A stretch of 53,284 nucleotides of DNA, counting the filler, from Squatina squatina (taxonomy: Eukaryota): NCBI GenBank assembly GCA_031763465.1. It is 3 parts of 3 records of this genome, joined end to end, with 100 filler letters (N's around TTAATTAATTAA, not from the genome) between each part and the next. Parts side by side here need not be neighbours in the genome. Positions count along the whole stretch, not along the records: positions 37,002 to 53,284 come from JARFOE010000176.1; 2 more parts are not named here. One strand, written 5' to 3'. Every line of letters starts with the position of its first letter. The stretch's first letter is position 1. Both the position numbers and the translations under genes were made by a program. Shown piece by piece: positions 51,118-53,284 of the stretch. A model generated the notes under the pieces. It saw only the letters and a program-made list of their open reading frames with translations, made no database searches and was not told the DNA's origin.

Positions 51118-51628
51118 ATTAAAAACAGAAAATGCTGGAGACACTCAGAGAGAAACAGAGTTAACGTTTCAGGTCAGTGACCTTTCATCAGAACTGGAAA
51201 AAGTTAGAGATGTAACAGGGACAGAGAAAGGGGGGATGGGAGGAAAGAAAAAAAGGGAAGGTCTGTGACAGGATGGAAGGCAGGAGAGATTGAATGGCAA
51301 AAGGGATGAAAGTACAAGGCAAAAGGGGTGGTAATAGGACAAGCAAAGAAATACACGATGGGTCTAGAAGAGGTGTAAATGGGAATGGCAGAATCATCGA
51401 CAGCTACTGTCCGAAATAATGGGGGCAAAGGTTATGATCTGAAGTTATTGAACTCAATGTTGAGTCCGGAAGGCTGTAAAGTGCCTAATCGAAAGATGAG
51501 GTGCTGTTCCTCGAGCTTATGTTGAGCTTCATTGGAACAATGTAAGAGGCCAAGGACAGAGAGACCAGAGTGGGAGTGGAACGGAGAATTAAAGTGACAG
51601 GCGACCAGAAGCTTACACCTACGGACTG
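51118..51628 (-). mobile_element. Penelope-like element 3' end (GIY-YIG C-terminus)
   Basis: Minus strand LVACHFNSPFHSHSGLSVLGLLHCSNEAQHKLEEQHLIFRLGTLQPSGLNIEFNNFR plus the same terminus as 49565-50020. Confidence 0.85.
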
Positions 51629-51914
51629 AAAGTGCAAGTTTTTTCTTGTGAAAGTTTGAACGTACTTTTTACTAACATTTTAGCCCTTTATTCCTATGAG
51701 GAATTAATGACCTGTCCCTAAATGCTCTATTTTACATTCGTAGCATATTAAAAAAGAATTTACAGAACATAGAAACATAGGAACTGGAATAGGCCATTCA
51801 ACCCTTCAAGGCTGTTCCACAATAAAAAAAAACATATTTTACATCTTGAAAAATATTGACATGTGTCTAAATGCTTAAATCTATATGAAAACCTAGTGGT
51901 ATTTTAACTCATAT

Positions 51915-52457
51915 CCATAGGAACATAGGAACAGGAGTATGTAATTGAGCCCCGCAAGCCTGTTCCACCATTCAATGAGATTGTGGCGGATTTGTATCCT
52001 AACTCCATTTTCTGCCTTGGCTCCATATCCCTTAATAGCCTTGCCTAGCAAAACTCTGTCAATCTCAGATTTAAAATTATTAATTGAGCTAGCATCTACT
52101 TCTTTTTGTGAGAGAGAGAGTTTCACACGTCTACCACCCTTTGTGTGAAGAAGTGTTTCCTAACTTATCTTCTGAATGGCCTGGCTCAGATTTTAACTTT
52201 ATGTCCCCTTGCCCGAGACCTCCTGCCAGCAGAAAATGTTTCTCCCCATCTACCTTATTAATTCCTTTCAAGATCCTAAAAACCTCAATCAAATCAACCA
52301 TTAATCTTCTATAGTCCAGGGAATATAAGCTTAGTTTATATAATCTCGCCTCATAATTTAACCCTTGGAGCCCTGGTAACACAGGTGAATCTGCGCTGCA
52401 CTCCTTCCAAGATCAATTTCTCCTTTCTAAGGTGCGGTGCCCAGAACTGTACACCGT
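51915..52457 (-). mobile_element. CR1 LINE 3' end
   Basis: LPGLQGLNYEARLYKLSLYSLDYRRLMVDLIEVFRILKG and FKSEIDRVLLGKAIKGYG, with a cataggaa tail repeat. Confidence 0.9.
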
Positions 52458-52726
52458 NNNNNNNNNNNNNNNNNNNNNNNNNNNNNNNNNNNNNNNNNNN
52501 NNNNNNNNNNNNNNNNNNNNNNNNNNNNNNNNNNNNNNNNNNNNNNNNNNNNNNNNNGAGGTATCAGTGAACAGCGGTTCAATACATGATGCTCATGGTT
52601 CAAGGGGTGTAAAGGTTCCACAATTTCTAAAAGGAACACGACAGAATAGTTGCACCATATGAAAATCAAGTCAAGCGAGTGGAAATGTAAATGTTTTAAA
52701 TATACACATACACCAAGACACATTAC

Positions 52727-52828
52727 CGGAGATGTATAGAATCTGGACAAACCAAAATCTCCAATTTTCACACTTCCATCTTGGTCAATAAATATATTTC
52801 CAGGCTTCAGGTCTCGATGTATAACACC
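52727..52828 (-). CDS. Ser/Thr protein kinase catalytic-loop exon (subdomains VIb-VII), eIF2-alpha kinase GCN2-like but divergent
   Basis: ttatttctaaag acceptor and gtaatg donor, 102 nt, phase 0-0. [34 protein letters not shown] has intact HRD and DFG motifs. Orthology is not resolved. Confidence 0.8.
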
Positions 52829-52994
52829 CTTTAGAAATAAGAAAATATTTGCCATGTTCAATCCACAAAATAGTTCTGAAAAGCGTTATGTTCTACCAAT
52901 AGAATTTCACTTTAATCACAGCTCCAATAGAGTTTTAAAATGAGGACTGGCATTAGATTTAATCGCATGTTTATATATAGAAAATTGGAAATGT

Positions 52995-53284
52995 AAGGAC
53001 ATGCACTTTTCACATCCCTAAGGCATCCCAAAGTACTTCACAAACAATGCAGTACTTTTGAAGTGTAGTCACTGTTTTTATGTAGGCAGCCATTTTGCAC
53101 ACAGCAAGATCCCACAAACAATAATGAGATAAACAACTAGCTAATCTGTATTAGTGGTGTTGGTTGAGGGCTGAATGATGGCCACAACACAGAGAACACC
53201 CCTGCTCTTCTTCGAAGAGTGCCATGGACTCTTTAGCATCCACTCACCTCTGTTTAATGGCTTATCTAAAGGATGATATCTCCG
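52995..53284 (-). mobile_element. DeuSINE 3' part, running off the window end
   Basis: gcacacagcaagatcccacaaac, ggttgagg and cctgctcttcttcgaa are shared with the other copies. Confidence 0.75.

Noticed and set aside
1028-52662. Most ORF-track entries, especially those containing X runs
   Set aside because: They exist because N gaps contain no stop codons, or they are chance or antisense frames over repeats.
1-53284. A novel multi-gene system formed by HNF4G, HEATR3, KCNIP4, RGS5 and a kinase
   Set aside because: The genes are separated by synthetic linkers and placeholder gaps and are represented by isolated exons. The adjacency is best explained by assembly.
1-53284. Prokaryotic operons, CRISPR arrays, rRNA, or phage and defence genes
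   Set aside because: No long ORFs, repeat-spacer arrays or rRNA motifs were seen. Spliceosomal exons and vertebrate repeats dominate.

Overview
Vertebrate genomic DNA, most likely a shark or other cartilaginous fish (inferred from the repeats: DeuSINE/SacSINE1-type SINEs, CR1, L2, Penelope, Harbinger). It is a fragmented short-read assembly of roughly 1-3 kb contigs joined mostly by fixed 100-N gaps. Two artificial 44N-TTAATTAATTAA-44N linkers split it into three blocks: 1-24016, 24117-36901 and 37002-53284. Block 1 holds part of HNF4G on the minus strand: a proximal coding exon 1, exon 2, one ligand-binding-domain exon, and a CpG-island distal promoter with a non-coding first exon. A lone HEATR3 exon lies within it on the plus strand. 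Block 2 holds the KChIP4a-type first exon of KCNIP4 (minus) and a possible GCNT2-like fragment. Block 3 holds the last exon of RGS5 (plus) and one exon of a divergent protein kinase (minus). The best biological observation is the distal HNF4G promoter, which resembles the HNF4A P2 promoter and is followed by two overlapping uORFs. I found no prokaryotic, CRISPR or clearly new multi-gene system. Gene names come from recalled protein sequences, not a database search, and adjacency across gaps is unreliable.
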